Assembly: GCA_963804995.1 (NCBI GenBank)
Contig: CAWDSK010000002.1
Span: forward strand, 640,001-704,000
From: an uncultured Acidobacteriota bacterium
GTDB taxonomy: Bacteria > Acidobacteriota > Terriglobia > UBA7540
Reading direction: 5' to 3'
DNA: 64,000 nt
Shown here: piece by piece, positions 22,659 to 31,625 of the stretch
Numbering within the stretch: position 1 is the stretch's first letter
Layout of the letters: the number at the start of each line of letters is the position of its first letter
The notes under the pieces: generated by a model
Database searches by the model: none
The model's input: the letters and a program-made list of their open reading frames with translations, nothing else
What the model was told of the DNA's origin: nothing
Made by a program: the position numbers and the translations under genes

Positions 22659-23198
22659 TCAGGGGTTTTGTTTTTTATTTTCCGGTGCCGTATTGAAACA
22701 ACTGAACATACCAAGAAACCCGCACCTATGTTCACTTCCGGGGATGCGCTCGCCGGGAGCGCGGTTCAACGCTCGGGCACATACTGCCTTTGCATCGTCG
22801 GTGAGTTTAATTCTGTCGTCTTGGCACGAAAGGAAGCGGCCCTTTTCGCTCATGTGCTCCAGCGCATAAGCGTTGGCCATGTGATGTTTTATTGCTTCAC
22901 CACGCGTTCCATCAAAATCGCTTAAAAAGCCATCCCATGCGCCCAGCACAAGAGCAGAATACAGACAAATCGGCACCATAACCCACAGGACAGGTTTCGC
23001 TATTCGTTGGACAAGTGTGAATGTACCGAAACAAATCCCGGCTCCCAGAGTGAAGAAAAGATCGGAAATGACACCCGCGTCCCCTCTCGACGCAATCGCC
23101 TCAGCGCCGCTCCACCCGGCTTGACTTGCTGCCAATGCCCCTATCAGGAGGGCTACGGCAACAACCGGGGTTTTCCAAACGAACGACGGAGTCTTCAT
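22659..23198 (-). CDS. hypothetical membrane protein
   Basis: Three hydrophobic segments and Cys-containing C-terminus. Confidence 0.6.
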   Translation of the reverse strand: MKTPSFVWKTPVVAVALLIGALAASQAGWSGAEAIASRGDAGVISDLFFTLGAGICFGTFTLVQRIAKPVLWVMVPICLYSALVLGAWDGFLSDFDGTRGEAIKHHMANAYALEHMSEKGRFLSCQDDRIKLTDDAKAVCARALNRAPGERIPGSEHRCGFLGMFSCFNTAPENKKQNP

Positions 23199-23222
23199 TG
23201 CGTTCCTCGGCGTGGGATGCGC

Positions 23223-23504
23223 CTAGGCGGGTTGCAGCTTCTTCAGCTTTATGCGGTCGCGGCGGACTTGCGCAAGGTCGTACTGGACCTGTTGCACAAG
23301 CCAGCCTTCCTCGGTGCCGCCGAAAACCTTAGATAACCGCACGGCCATTTCCGGCGATATGCCGCGCTTCTCGTTTACGAGTTCCGAAAGCGTGTTGCGC
23401 GTCACTCCCAGGGCTTCCGCTGCTTGCGTGATGGTCAAGCCTGTCGGCTCAATGCACTCCTCGAACACGACAACTCCGGGGTGGGGCGGGTTTTTCATGG
23501 TCAT
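23223..23504 (-). CDS. higA: HigA family antitoxin (HTH)
   Basis: [28 protein letters not shown]. Confidence 0.92.
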   Translation of the reverse strand: MTMKNPPHPGVVVFEECIEPTGLTITQAAEALGVTRNTLSELVNEKRGISPEMAVRLSKVFGGTEEGWLVQQVQYDLAQVRRDRIKLKKLQPA

Positions 23505-23520
23505 GGATCGTTCTCCCTGT

Positions 23521-23796
23521 CTAGTGGTAATCGACATAATCAACGTCCTCCGCGCCGCCGTCGAAGCGGAAGATAACCCGCCAGTTGGCACGAACGGTCA
23601 CGGCCCAAAAATTCTTCATCTGGCCTTTGAGCGGATGCAACCGGAACCCCGGCAGGTCCATGTGGGCAACGGTTGGGGCGGCGTGAAGCGTCGCCAGAAT
23701 ATTTCGCAGTTTGCCGACGTGTTCCGGGTTTACGCCGCTCGGGTCGTCCTGTTCAAAAAGCCGTTTCAGTCCCTTGTGGCGAATTGTCCGTATCAT
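23521..23796 (-). CDS. higB: HigB/RelE family toxin
   Basis: [31 protein letters not shown]. Confidence 0.92.
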   Translation of the reverse strand: MIRTIRHKGLKRLFEQDDPSGVNPEHVGKLRNILATLHAAPTVAHMDLPGFRLHPLKGQMKNFWAVTVRANWRVIFRFDGGAEDVDYVDYH

Positions 23797-23803
23797 CTCC
23801 CGT

Positions 23804-23832
23804 ACCGTAACGCGCCACGTGGCGCATGTCAA
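23804..23832 (-). promoter_or_regulatory. higBA promoter with palindromic operator
   Basis: TTGACA-N17-TACGGT with perfect palindrome GCGCCACGTGGCGC (23812-23825) in the spacer. Confidence 0.7.
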
Positions 23833-23854
23833 CAGCAATCTCAGCGGGGTAGCA

Positions 23855-23970
23855 GAGGTATTTGGCTCCGAGCCGAATTCCTCCGCGGCCCTTTCTCATT
23901 GCCCGGCAATGAGCAGGTCGAAATTCCAATCTTACGAGCCGCAGAGGAAAGCAAACTGCGCTTACCGCTG
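23855..23970. repeat. 116-bp direct repeat, copy A
   Basis: Closely similar to 24541-24656. Confidence 0.9.
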
Positions 23971-24231
23971 ATGCGGTACCGGCCTGTGCCCTGCATGTCG
24001 AGGCCCCTGCTGCGGCAAGCGTACCGATTCAGTGATCTTCAGGAGGGCGCGCAGGGCGCCATTGACGGCGGCCTCGGTGGGAAAGGCCTTGGCCAGTTCG
24101 GGATCGAGGAGAATGAGGTTGGTGCCAGCGCGATAGCGCTTCGCGTACTTCCCGCGAACTCCACCCTTCATCGTGGCGAAATCGTACTCCGAGCGCATGT
24201 CGTTTATGGTTTTTCGATTAGCTTTCTTCAT
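23962..24231 (-). CDS. antitoxin partner of BrnT (BrnA-like)
   Basis: MRSEYDF..GVRGKY..LDPELAKAFPTEAAVNGALR; overlaps BrnT stop. Confidence 0.8.
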   Translation of the reverse strand: MKKANRKTINDMRSEYDFATMKGGVRGKYAKRYRAGTNLILLDPELAKAFPTEAAVNGALRALLKITESVRLPQQGPRHAGHRPVPHQR

Positions 24232-24490
24232 AGAATCTTCGTTCGTGGCGCGTAGCGCGCCTGGCAGTGATGATCCGGATCAGCGCGTCTTCCTCAGTGT
24301 GCGCCACCACCAGCAGGCGATTGCGGCTGGACACGCCGATGGTTAGGAACCGCGGTTCAAGGCCGGAATGATCGATGTCCGGGAAAGTGGTTGACAGCGT
24401 GTTGTCCAGCACCGTTACAGCTTCGCGGAAATCGACTCCATGCTTCTTTAAATTGGCGGCGGCTTTTCTCGGATCCCATACAAAAACCGC
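24218..24490 (-). CDS. BrnT family toxin; start codon apparently lost (GCG)
   Basis: FVWDPRKAAANLKKHGVDFREA, HS..EPRF, RIITARRAT. Confidence 0.82.
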   Translation of the reverse strand, partial: AVFVWDPRKAAANLKKHGVDFREAVTVLDNTLSTTFPDIDHSGLEPRFLTIGVSSRNRLLVVAHTEEDALIRIITARRATRHERRFYEES

Positions 24491-24540
24491 ATTGCTAGTA
24501 TACGCTTTATCGGGGCAGATGTGCAGAAGCGGGTAGCGTG

Positions 24541-24656
24541 GAGGTATTTGGCTCCGAGCCGAATTCCTCCGCGGCCCTTTCTCATCGCCCGGCGATGAGC
24601 AGGTTGAGATTCCGATTTTTCGTGCCGCAGATGAAAGCAAACCGCGCTTATCGCTG
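24541..24656. repeat. 116-bp direct repeat, copy B
   Basis: Closely similar to 23855-23970. Confidence 0.9.
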
Positions 24657-24733
24657 CGCTGCCGGTTGCCGGCTCGCGAGTATAGAGCCTATCTGGTGGT
24701 ACAATTCTTGACAGAAGGTAAGGAGGAGGCAGC

Positions 24734-24937
24734 TTGAAAATCAAGGTTGTCGTGCACGAAGCGGAGGAAGGCGGCTACTGGGCCGAGGTGCCGGCGATTC
24801 CCGGCTGTGCCACGCAGGGCGAAACCATGGAAGAGTTAATGGCGAACGTCCACGAGGCCATTGAGGCTTGTCTGGACGTTGAAGTCGATCCGCCCGAGCA
24901 TGCCCCCAGCGACAAGATATTGGAAATCGCCCTATGA
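24734..24937 (+). CDS. HicB family antitoxin (short form)
   Basis: EEGGYWAEVPAIPGCATQGET..NVHEAI. Confidence 0.9.
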   Translation: MKIKVVVHEAEEGGYWAEVPAIPGCATQGETMEELMANVHEAIEACLDVEVDPPEHAPSDKILEIAL

Positions 24938-25143
24938 AGGCGCTCTCCGGCAAGGACCTTGCCCGCCTGGTCGAGAGTCACGGCTGGCAACTCCTCCGAA
25001 TTCATGGCAGCCATCACATTTACGGCAAGTCGGGCAGCACCGTGCGGCTTTCCATCCCCATCCACGGAAACACAGCTTTGAAAACCGGACTCCTGAAGCA
25101 CCTCCTCAAAATGGCAGGGCTCGAAGAAGAGGGCATCCGTTAA
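24934..25143 (+). CDS. HicA family toxin
   Basis: GWQLLRIHGSHHIY, IPIHGN..LKTGLL. Confidence 0.9.
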   Translation: MKALSGKDLARLVESHGWQLLRIHGSHHIYGKSGSTVRLSIPIHGNTALKTGLLKHLLKMAGLEEEGIR

Positions 25144-25194
25144 GCAGGCGAAATATGCTCCTAGCGTCCGCCTTGTCGATTGAAGGCGCGAGGG

Positions 25195-25704
25195 TCACTG
25201 GCCAGGGCCGTTCGGTTCCGGGGGCTTTGGGGGGCTCTGTGGCGCCTGGCTTTCGGCTGCCTTGAGTATGGCGTCGACGTTGGCAAGATCTTGTGGTCTG
25301 CCGGACGCCAATTTCCCTGCGATCAGGTCCTCGCGGGAAATGAAGCTCGCTTTCAATCCGCTCGCCGGGTCAATGACGTCCTCAACCCGGCGCCCCCATG
25401 CGCCATCAAACTCAACGCCGGGTATGGCTGTGAGAATGTCAATGCAAACCGGCTCACGGCCCATGCGAAGAAACGGCCCTTGCTCCGCGAAGTCAGCGGC
25501 GGTCAAACCTTCAAGCGGCGCTCCGAAATGCGCCAGGGCCGCGAAAATCGCTTGGGCGTTCTCTGCGTCAGCCTTCACCAGAATATCGAGGTCTTTGGTT
25601 GCTCGTGGCTGTGCGTGAATGGAGACCGCGTAAGCTCCCACGATAAGATACTTAACGCGGTGCGCGTTCAAAACGGACAAGAGTTCTTTGAAGTCTGGAT
25701 ACAT
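25195..25704 (-). CDS. nucleotidyltransferase-like protein (putative TA component)
   Basis: YLIVGAYAV..RATKDLD, K.ASGRPQDL motifs. Confidence 0.8.
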   Translation of the reverse strand: MYPDFKELLSVLNAHRVKYLIVGAYAVSIHAQPRATKDLDILVKADAENAQAIFAALAHFGAPLEGLTAADFAEQGPFLRMGREPVCIDILTAIPGVEFDGAWGRRVEDVIDPASGLKASFISREDLIAGKLASGRPQDLANVDAILKAAESQAPQSPPKPPEPNGPGQ

Positions 25705-25852
25705 CCGTAACCGCGCCCCTCATCGCGAAATGCTCCTGGGTGAGTTCGGAAACTGCATTGACACGCTCATGCACGGGCCGACTCTGCCAGTACCGATATT
25801 CGTCAGCCTTCATTTCATCGAGGCTGGTGTACTTCTGGATGGTCTTGTCCAT
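25652..25852 (-). CDS. small hypothetical protein paired with the nucleotidyltransferase
   Basis: YWQSRPVHERV; RBS AAGGA; overlaps downstream gene. Confidence 0.65.
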   Translation of the reverse strand: MDKTIQKYTSLDEMKADEYRYWQSRPVHERVNAVSELTQEHFAMRGAVTDVSRLQRTLVRFERAPR

Positions 25853-25943
25853 GCGTTCCTTTGTAGCACGTCCGGCGCTTCACTTCAAACCGGAAGGGGG
25901 GCGTAGGTTATGCAGCCTCTTTCCATACACCGCACGGGGTTTG

Positions 25944-26225
25944 CTATCGGCCCGCGAAAGAGCCCTGCCGCGCCTTGTGCCCTGCCTGTCGAGACCCCTG
26001 CTGCGGCAAGCGTACCGATTCAGTCAGTTTCAGGAGGGCGCGGAGGGCGCCATTGACGGCGGCCTCGGTGGGAAAGGCCTTGGCCAGTTCGGGGTCGAGG
26101 AGGATGAGGCTGGCGTCCGCGCGAAATCGCTTCGCGTACTTGCCGCGAACTCCACCCTTCATCGAGGCGAAATCGTACTCCGGGCGTATGTCGTTTACGG
26201 TTTTTCGATTAGCCTTCTTGGCCAC
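25944..26225 (-). CDS. second BrnA-like antitoxin, orphan (toxin deleted)
   Basis: Highly similar to 23962-24231; only GTGGTTTTTGTATGGGATCCGAG of the toxin remains upstream. Confidence 0.8.
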   Translation of the reverse strand: MAKKANRKTVNDIRPEYDFASMKGGVRGKYAKRFRADASLILLDPELAKAFPTEAAVNGALRALLKLTESVRLPQQGSRQAGHKARQGSFAGR

Positions 26226-26388
26226 TCGGATCCCATACAAAAACCACAATACTAGTATACGCTTCATGGGGGCACCTGCTTCGGACTTTTGAGATGCAAC
26301 AACGACTTGGTTTACGGTAAACTTCCAAAGAAGTGAGACGCATCCCCCGCCTTCCCTGAATCCGCAGTGAGGAGCTGACCGCCAGATT

Positions 26389-27165
26389 ATGAAAATGCCC
26401 GTTCTATTCGTCGGGCACGGATCGCCGATGAATGCCATCGAGCAGAACCGGTTTACGGAGACGCTCGCGGGGCTCTCGAAGCGCCTGCCGCGCCCGAAGG
26501 CGGTGTGCGTGGTCTCAGCGCATTGGGTGACGCGCGGGTCTGAGGTTCTGGCCGTCGCCCAGCCGCGCACCATTCACGACTTCTACGGCTTTCCTGCGCC
26601 GCTCTATGAGGTCGAGTATCCTGCGCCCGGTGCGCCCGCTGAAGCCGAACGAGTGGCGGAGGAACTCAAGATCCAACCGGATGAGACCTGGGGGTTCGAT
26701 CACGGCGCCTGGAGCGTCTTACGGCATCTTTATCCCGAAGCCGACGTGCCGGTGTTTCAGGTGAGTCTCGACGAGCGTCGCGGCCTGGCGCGTCACGTCG
26801 ACCTTGGAAGCGAGCTTGCCGGGCTGCGCGAGCGCGGCGTGCTTATACTGGGCAGCGGCAACATCGTGCACAATCTGCGCCGCATGGAGGGTGAGAAGAA
26901 CGTCCAACCTTTTCCCTGGACCATCGAATTCGACTCGCAGGTGAAAAATGCGATTGAAACTCGCGACCTCGCGTCGCTCGCCGCGCCCGAGCACTGGGGC
27001 AAGCCGCTGGCATCACTCGCGCATCCCACGCTCGAACATTACGTGCCTCTGCTTTACTGCATGGGCAGCACAACTGAAAGCGATGCAGTGAGTTATCCCT
27101 ACGAAGGCTTCGAGTATGGGAGCCTCTCGATGCGCATAGTGTTGTTTGGTGAGGAGTCGAAGTGA
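26389..27165 (+). CDS. 4,5-DOPA extradiol dioxygenase (YgiD/LigB family)
   Basis: FVGHGSPMN, SAHW, HDFYGFP, DHGAW, GSGNIVHNL, HPTLEHY. Confidence 0.92.
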   Translation: MKMPVLFVGHGSPMNAIEQNRFTETLAGLSKRLPRPKAVCVVSAHWVTRGSEVLAVAQPRTIHDFYGFPAPLYEVEYPAPGAPAEAERVAEELKIQPDETWGFDHGAWSVLRHLYPEADVPVFQVSLDERRGLARHVDLGSELAGLRERGVLILGSGNIVHNLRRMEGEKNVQPFPWTIEFDSQVKNAIETRDLASLAAPEHWGKPLASLAHPTLEHYVPLLYCMGSTTESDAVSYPYEGFEYGSLSMRIVLFGEESK

Positions 27166-27280
27166 GCCGGTCGTGGATGTGTGAAGGGTCTCTTCGCGGG
27201 TGATGCGAACATGGCCTTGGAGGTACGCGACGCCCACGAATCTGACCGAGCGCTATGGACGCGCACCAACTGAGTTGCAG

Positions 27281-27303
27281 AATGATATCAATATGATATC
27301 ATT
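27281..27303. promoter_or_regulatory. palindromic operator upstream of FitA-like/VapC pair
   Basis: AATGATATCA-ATA-TGATATCATT. Confidence 0.6.
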
Positions 27304-27322
27304 GCAGTTGAGGAGGCCCAAG

Positions 27323-27577
27323 ATGCCTAACCTGACCGTGCGGAAGATCCCTAAGGATATATACAGACGCCTGAAGGCAACTGCGAAGCGTAACCACCGG
27401 AGCCTGAACGCAGAAATCCTGGCAGTCCTGGCAGATGAGGAAGCCTGGGCCATACGCCGATTGCAGATTGCGGCCGTCCTGCCTGATCTTGCCAAAGCAC
27501 GTGAGGAAATAGCTCGGAAATACCCAAACGCTCCTGAGAGCGTGGTGCTCATCCGGGAGGATCGTGACAGCCGATGA
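27323..27577 (+). CDS. Arc/FitA-like ribbon-helix-helix antitoxin
   Basis: NLTVRKIP..LKATAKRNHRSLNAEI..LIREDRD. Confidence 0.85.
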   Translation: MPNLTVRKIPKDIYRRLKATAKRNHRSLNAEILAVLADEEAWAIRRLQIAAVLPDLAKAREEIARKYPNAPESVVLIREDRDSR

Positions 27578-28002
27578 ACATCGTCGTGGACGCGAGCGTT
27601 GCCGCGAAATGGCTCTTCTCAGAACGAGACTCCGACCGCGCCGAGGCGCTGTTGCTCGAGGCTGTGGGGGGACGACTGAAATCTCTGGCGCCAGATATTC
27701 TGCCCGCAGAGATCGGGAATGTCCTCGCCATGCGAGTCTCGCGAGGTTTGCTGCAACAGCAGCAGGCTTTAGCCGGATACCAACGGTTTCAACAAAGCTG
27801 CCCGGCATTGATCAGCAACGGAATCCTCGCCGACCGAGCCCTGCGATTGGCGCTCCGGCAGCGGCACCCGATTTATGATTGCCTTTACCTTGCTCTGGCC
27901 TTGGAGGCCGGGTGTGACCTCATTACGGCGGACGAGAAACTGCACCGCGTATTTTCCCCTAACTTCCCGCAAGTTCGCCTCTTGCGCGATTGGCAGCCGT
28001 AA
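27574..28002 (+). CDS. VapC/PIN domain toxin
   Basis: VVDASVAAKW, E, YDCLYLALA, LITAD. Confidence 0.9.
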   Translation: MNIVVDASVAAKWLFSERDSDRAEALLLEAVGGRLKSLAPDILPAEIGNVLAMRVSRGLLQQQQALAGYQRFQQSCPALISNGILADRALRLALRQRHPIYDCLYLALALEAGCDLITADEKLHRVFSPNFPQVRLLRDWQP

Positions 28003-28071
28003 GCGAGACCTGAAGGGCTGGTTCGGCATCTAATCAAGTGGCTTATTGGAGGATTGAAGGAGTAAGGCACG

Positions 28072-28932
28072 ATGTGGAACAATTTCAAAACAACCATTTT
28101 GCTTGCTGCCATGACCGGCCTGGTGTTGGGCATTGGGGAGCTTTGGGGCGGCCAGAACGGCCTGGTTCTCGCCCTGGTGATCGCCGCGGTCATGAACCTG
28201 GGCACTTATTTCTTCTCCGATAAGATCGCGCTGGCCTCCTCGGGCGCCAAGCCTATTGCGCGCGAAGACAATCCACGCATTTACCAGATTGTCGAACGCC
28301 TGGCCGCCAAGGCCAACATCCCGGTTCCCAAGATCTATTTTATTCCCACCGACTCTCCCAACGCTTTTGCCACGGGCCGCAATCCCAGCCACGCTTCGGT
28401 AGCCGTGACGCGTGGCATTTTGGAAATCTGCGACGACGAGGAAATTGAGGGTGTACTGGCGCACGAACTCGGCCACGTCAAGAATCGCGATATTCTGACC
28501 AGCACCGTGGTGGCCACACTGGCCGGCGCCATCACCCTGATTGGCCGCATGCTCTGGTATGCCGAATTGTTCGGAGGATTTGGTGGCGGCGGTCGCAGCG
28601 ATAACCGTCGTGGCGGCGTTTTGTCCATGCTCGCCATGATGATCCTGGCGCCGCTCGCGGCCACACTCATCCAACTTGCCATTTCGCGTTCGCGCGAATA
28701 TGAAGCTGACGCCACCGGCGCGCGTATCACCGGCAACCCGCAAGGCCTGGCGCGGGCGCTCGACAAGATCGACAAGTGGGCGAAGCGCATCCCTATGCAG
28801 GTCTCGCCTTCGATGGCGCACCTATACATCTATCAGCCTCTCACCTCGGGTGAAATTTTTTCCAGCCTGTTCTCCACTCACCCGCCCATCCGCAAGCGCA
28901 TCGAGCGGCTGATCGGACGCGAGTTTGTTTAA
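28072..28932 (+). CDS. htpX: zinc metalloprotease HtpX
   Basis: PNAFATGR, HELGH, SRSREYEAD, STHPP. Confidence 0.95.
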   Translation: MWNNFKTTILLAAMTGLVLGIGELWGGQNGLVLALVIAAVMNLGTYFFSDKIALASSGAKPIAREDNPRIYQIVERLAAKANIPVPKIYFIPTDSPNAFATGRNPSHASVAVTRGILEICDDEEIEGVLAHELGHVKNRDILTSTVVATLAGAITLIGRMLWYAELFGGFGGGGRSDNRRGGVLSMLAMMILAPLAATLIQLAISRSREYEADATGARITGNPQGLARALDKIDKWAKRIPMQVSPSMAHLYIYQPLTSGEIFSSLFSTHPPIRKRIERLIGREFV

Positions 28933-29126
28933 AACTTACGGTTCACCACCAGGACACCAGACACGAAAGAAAGGCATTAAATGCTTATAGGTTACAGGGA
29001 TAAGGCGGTGCTTTTCCCTGTAACCTTCTACCTGGTTCTCTTGGTACCGATGTGTATTTGTGGTCGATGGATCGGTGCCGGTGGCCGCACTTGCTTAAGT
29101 GCCTCGAAGCAAGTTAGGATACAAAT

Positions 29127-29231
29127 ATTCTCCGAGCCCGCCGTGCTAACGGAGCCTTAAAATCCCAGGCGCAGCGGGCCGATAGGGTAGCGTGAGAAAT
29201 CGCGCCGCCTCCCGTGTTTGGAAAGGAGAAT
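29127..29231 (+). ncRNA. Moco (molybdenum cofactor) riboswitch-like motif
   Basis: ATTCTCCGAG...GGGTAGCGTGAGAAATCGCGCCGCCTCCCGTGTTTGGAAAGGAGAAT with pairing ends; directly upstream of moaA. Confidence 0.8.
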
Positions 29232-29234
29232 GCC

Positions 29235-29263
29235 GCCGGCTCCAAACACGTGCCGGCATTTTT
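29235..29263 (+). terminator. riboswitch-associated intrinsic terminator
   Basis: GCCGGC-TCCAAACACGT-GCCGGC-ATTTTT; loop complementary to aptamer CGTGTTTGGA. Confidence 0.7.
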
Positions 29264-29276
29264 GTTTGGGGGACTT

Positions 29277-29425
29277 GCTAGGGAATAGGGAACAGGGAAT
29301 AGGTGACGGGTCAGAGGAATGGTTATTGGTGACTATGAACAGCAAAATTGCCTTTCATTCACCTTATCTGTTCCCTGTTCCCTATTCCCTGTTCCCTTTA
29401 GCCTGTTCCCTGTTCCCTGTAACCT
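29277..29425. repeat. inverted blocks of 7-bp tandem repeats (GGGAAYA / TRTTCCC)
   Basis: GGGAATAGGGAACAGGGAATAGG...CTGTTCCCTGTTCCCTATTCCCTGTTCCC. Confidence 0.8.
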
Positions 29426-29431
29426 GCTCTT

Positions 29432-30418
29432 ATGCTGCACGATAAATTAGGGCGTGAGATTCACGACCTGCGGATTTCGGTGACGGACCGTTGCAACTTC
29501 AGTTGCGTTTATTGCAAGGGGGCCGACCCGAAGAACTACTTCCCGCACCGCGACTTGCTGACGTGGGAGGAATTCCTGCGCCTCAGCCGCGTGCTGGTGG
29601 GCCAGGGGATTCGCAAAATCCGTGTGACGGGAGGCGAGCCGCTGCTGCGCGAGGGAGTCATCGATTTCATTGCGGCCTTGCGCGGTATCGACGGCTTGGC
29701 TGACGTCGCGATCACCACCAACGGCTACCTGTTGCCGGAGATGGCGCGGGAACTGGCGGCCGCCGGCGCCCCGCGCGTTACCGTCAGCCTGGATTCGACG
29801 GACCCCGAAAAGTTCGCGAAGATCACGCGCACACCGCGCTCTTATGAAAAAGTCATGGCCGGTATTGACGCCGCTCTGGAAGCGGGTCTGCGTCCGGTAA
29901 AGGTCAATATTGTTCTGGTGCGTGGCTTCAACGACGACGAAATCGTGGAATTCGCGCGCCTCGCGCGCCGTCGCGACATCGTGGTGCGGTTCATAGAATT
30001 CATGCCGCTCAACGCCGACCACACCTGGAAGAGGGAATTAGTGATCACGGCCAGGGAAATTGTGGATGCCATCCACCCCGTGTTTCCGCTCGTCGAGGTT
30101 CCCCGCCACTCGCCCAGTGAGACGGCGCTGCGCTACCGGTTCGCGGACGGCCAGGGTGAGCTCGGCATCATTGCGCCCGTTTCCATTCCCTTCTGCGGGC
30201 AGTGCAGCCGCATTCGGCTAACCGCCGAGGGTAAGCTGCGCACCTGCCTTTTCTCCATGCGCGAACATGACGTGCGGCACCTGGTCCGTAACGGCGCCAC
30301 CGATCACGATATCGCGAGCTTCATGGAAAAGGTCGTGCACCAGAAGGAACCCGGCCATCGCATCAATGAACCGGATTTCGTGCAGCCCTCCCGTACCATG
30401 GTTTACATCGGAGGGTGA
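29432..30418 (+). CDS. moaA: GTP 3',8-cyclase
   Basis: LRISVTDRCNFSCVYC, FCGQCSRIR, C-terminal IGG. Confidence 0.96.
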   Translation: MLHDKLGREIHDLRISVTDRCNFSCVYCKGADPKNYFPHRDLLTWEEFLRLSRVLVGQGIRKIRVTGGEPLLREGVIDFIAALRGIDGLADVAITTNGYLLPEMARELAAAGAPRVTVSLDSTDPEKFAKITRTPRSYEKVMAGIDAALEAGLRPVKVNIVLVRGFNDDEIVEFARLARRRDIVVRFIEFMPLNADHTWKRELVITAREIVDAIHPVFPLVEVPRHSPSETALRYRFADGQGELGIIAPVSIPFCGQCSRIRLTAEGKLRTCLFSMREHDVRHLVRNGATDHDIASFMEKVVHQKEPGHRINEPDFVQPSRTMVYIGG

Positions 30419-30439
30419 TAAAATATCAGCAGGGCAATT

Positions 30440-31534
30440 ATGGCGACGGCAACACTTACTCTTCTTCCCGAGACCTACGTTGAGCTTTCCGCGTTGGAAC
30501 TCGAGGAGCGCATTACGCGTGCCAAGGCGCAACTCGGCTCGCGGCTGGTGATCCTGGGGCACCACTATCAGCGTGACGAAGTGGTGAAATTCGCTGATTA
30601 CCGTGGTGATTCGCTGCGTCTCTCGCGGCTCGCTGCCAGCCGCCCGGAAGCGGAGTACATCGTGTTCTGCGGCGTGCATTTCATGGCGGAGAGCGCTGAC
30701 ATCCTGAGTGGCGAACATCAAATCGTCATGCTTCCCGACCTCAACGCGGGCTGCTCCATGGCGGACATGGCGAACCTCGAGCAGGTGGAAGTTTGCTGGG
30801 AAGCTCTGTGTGGGGTGAACAGCGGCAAGATCGTGCCGGTAACTTATATCAACTCCACTGCGGCCATCAAAGCTTTCGTGGGGAGGAATGGCGGAGCGGT
30901 TTGCACTTCCTCGAACGCGCGAAAAATCATGGAGTGGGCGCTTGCACACGGCGAGAAGGCCTTGTTCCTGCCTGATGAGCACCTGGGCCGCAATACGGGT
31001 TACGGGCTGGGGATTCCGCTCGAGGCGATGGTGGTGTGGGACCCGCGGGAAGAAAACGGCGGTCTCAGCGACAACCAGATTCGCGCGGCGCGCATTTACT
31101 TGTGGAAGGGTCACTGCTCCGTGCACCAGCGTTTCCGCCCTGAGCACGTCGAGCGTGTGCGCAAGACCCACCCGGGTATCCGCGTGATAGCCCATCCCGA
31201 GTGCTCATGGGAAGTTTGCCAGTTGGCCGACGAAGTGGGCTCAACGGAATACATCATGAAGCGCGTTGTGGAAGCGCCGCCGGGCAGCGCCTGGGCGGTG
31301 GGGACGGAAATCCACATGATTCGCCGCCTGGCCGCCGAGCACCCGGACCGGCTGGTGGTTTCGCTCGACGATTGTGTTTGCATGTGCAGCACCATGTACC
31401 GGATCTCGCCCCAGCATCTCTGCTGGACACTGGAGAGCCTGCTGTCCGGCCAAGTCGTCAACCGTGTGACCGTCGACCCTGAAACCAAGCGTTGGGCGCT
31501 CGGCGCTCTGAATCGCATGTTGGAAATCAAGTGA
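30440..31534 (+). CDS. nadA: quinolinate synthase
   Basis: GHHYQ, FCGVHFMAE, AGCSMA, YINST, HPEC. Confidence 0.95.
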   Translation: MATATLTLLPETYVELSALELEERITRAKAQLGSRLVILGHHYQRDEVVKFADYRGDSLRLSRLAASRPEAEYIVFCGVHFMAESADILSGEHQIVMLPDLNAGCSMADMANLEQVEVCWEALCGVNSGKIVPVTYINSTAAIKAFVGRNGGAVCTSSNARKIMEWALAHGEKALFLPDEHLGRNTGYGLGIPLEAMVVWDPREENGGLSDNQIRAARIYLWKGHCSVHQRFRPEHVERVRKTHPGIRVIAHPECSWEVCQLADEVGSTEYIMKRVVEAPPGSAWAVGTEIHMIRRLAAEHPDRLVVSLDDCVCMCSTMYRISPQHLCWTLESLLSGQVVNRVTVDPETKRWALGALNRMLEIK

Positions 31535-31625
31535 CGGTGCAACGCGAGCCGAGCCCTTAGGCGTGCCCTGAAGCTGGCGGCAGGGCGGCGCAATAATTCA
31601 CACGCGTCAGGCATCCTTACATCCC

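Noticed and set aside
21886..26388. Integron cassette array
   Set aside because: No integrase, no convincing RYYYAAC...GTTRRRY attC pairs, and genes in mixed orientation
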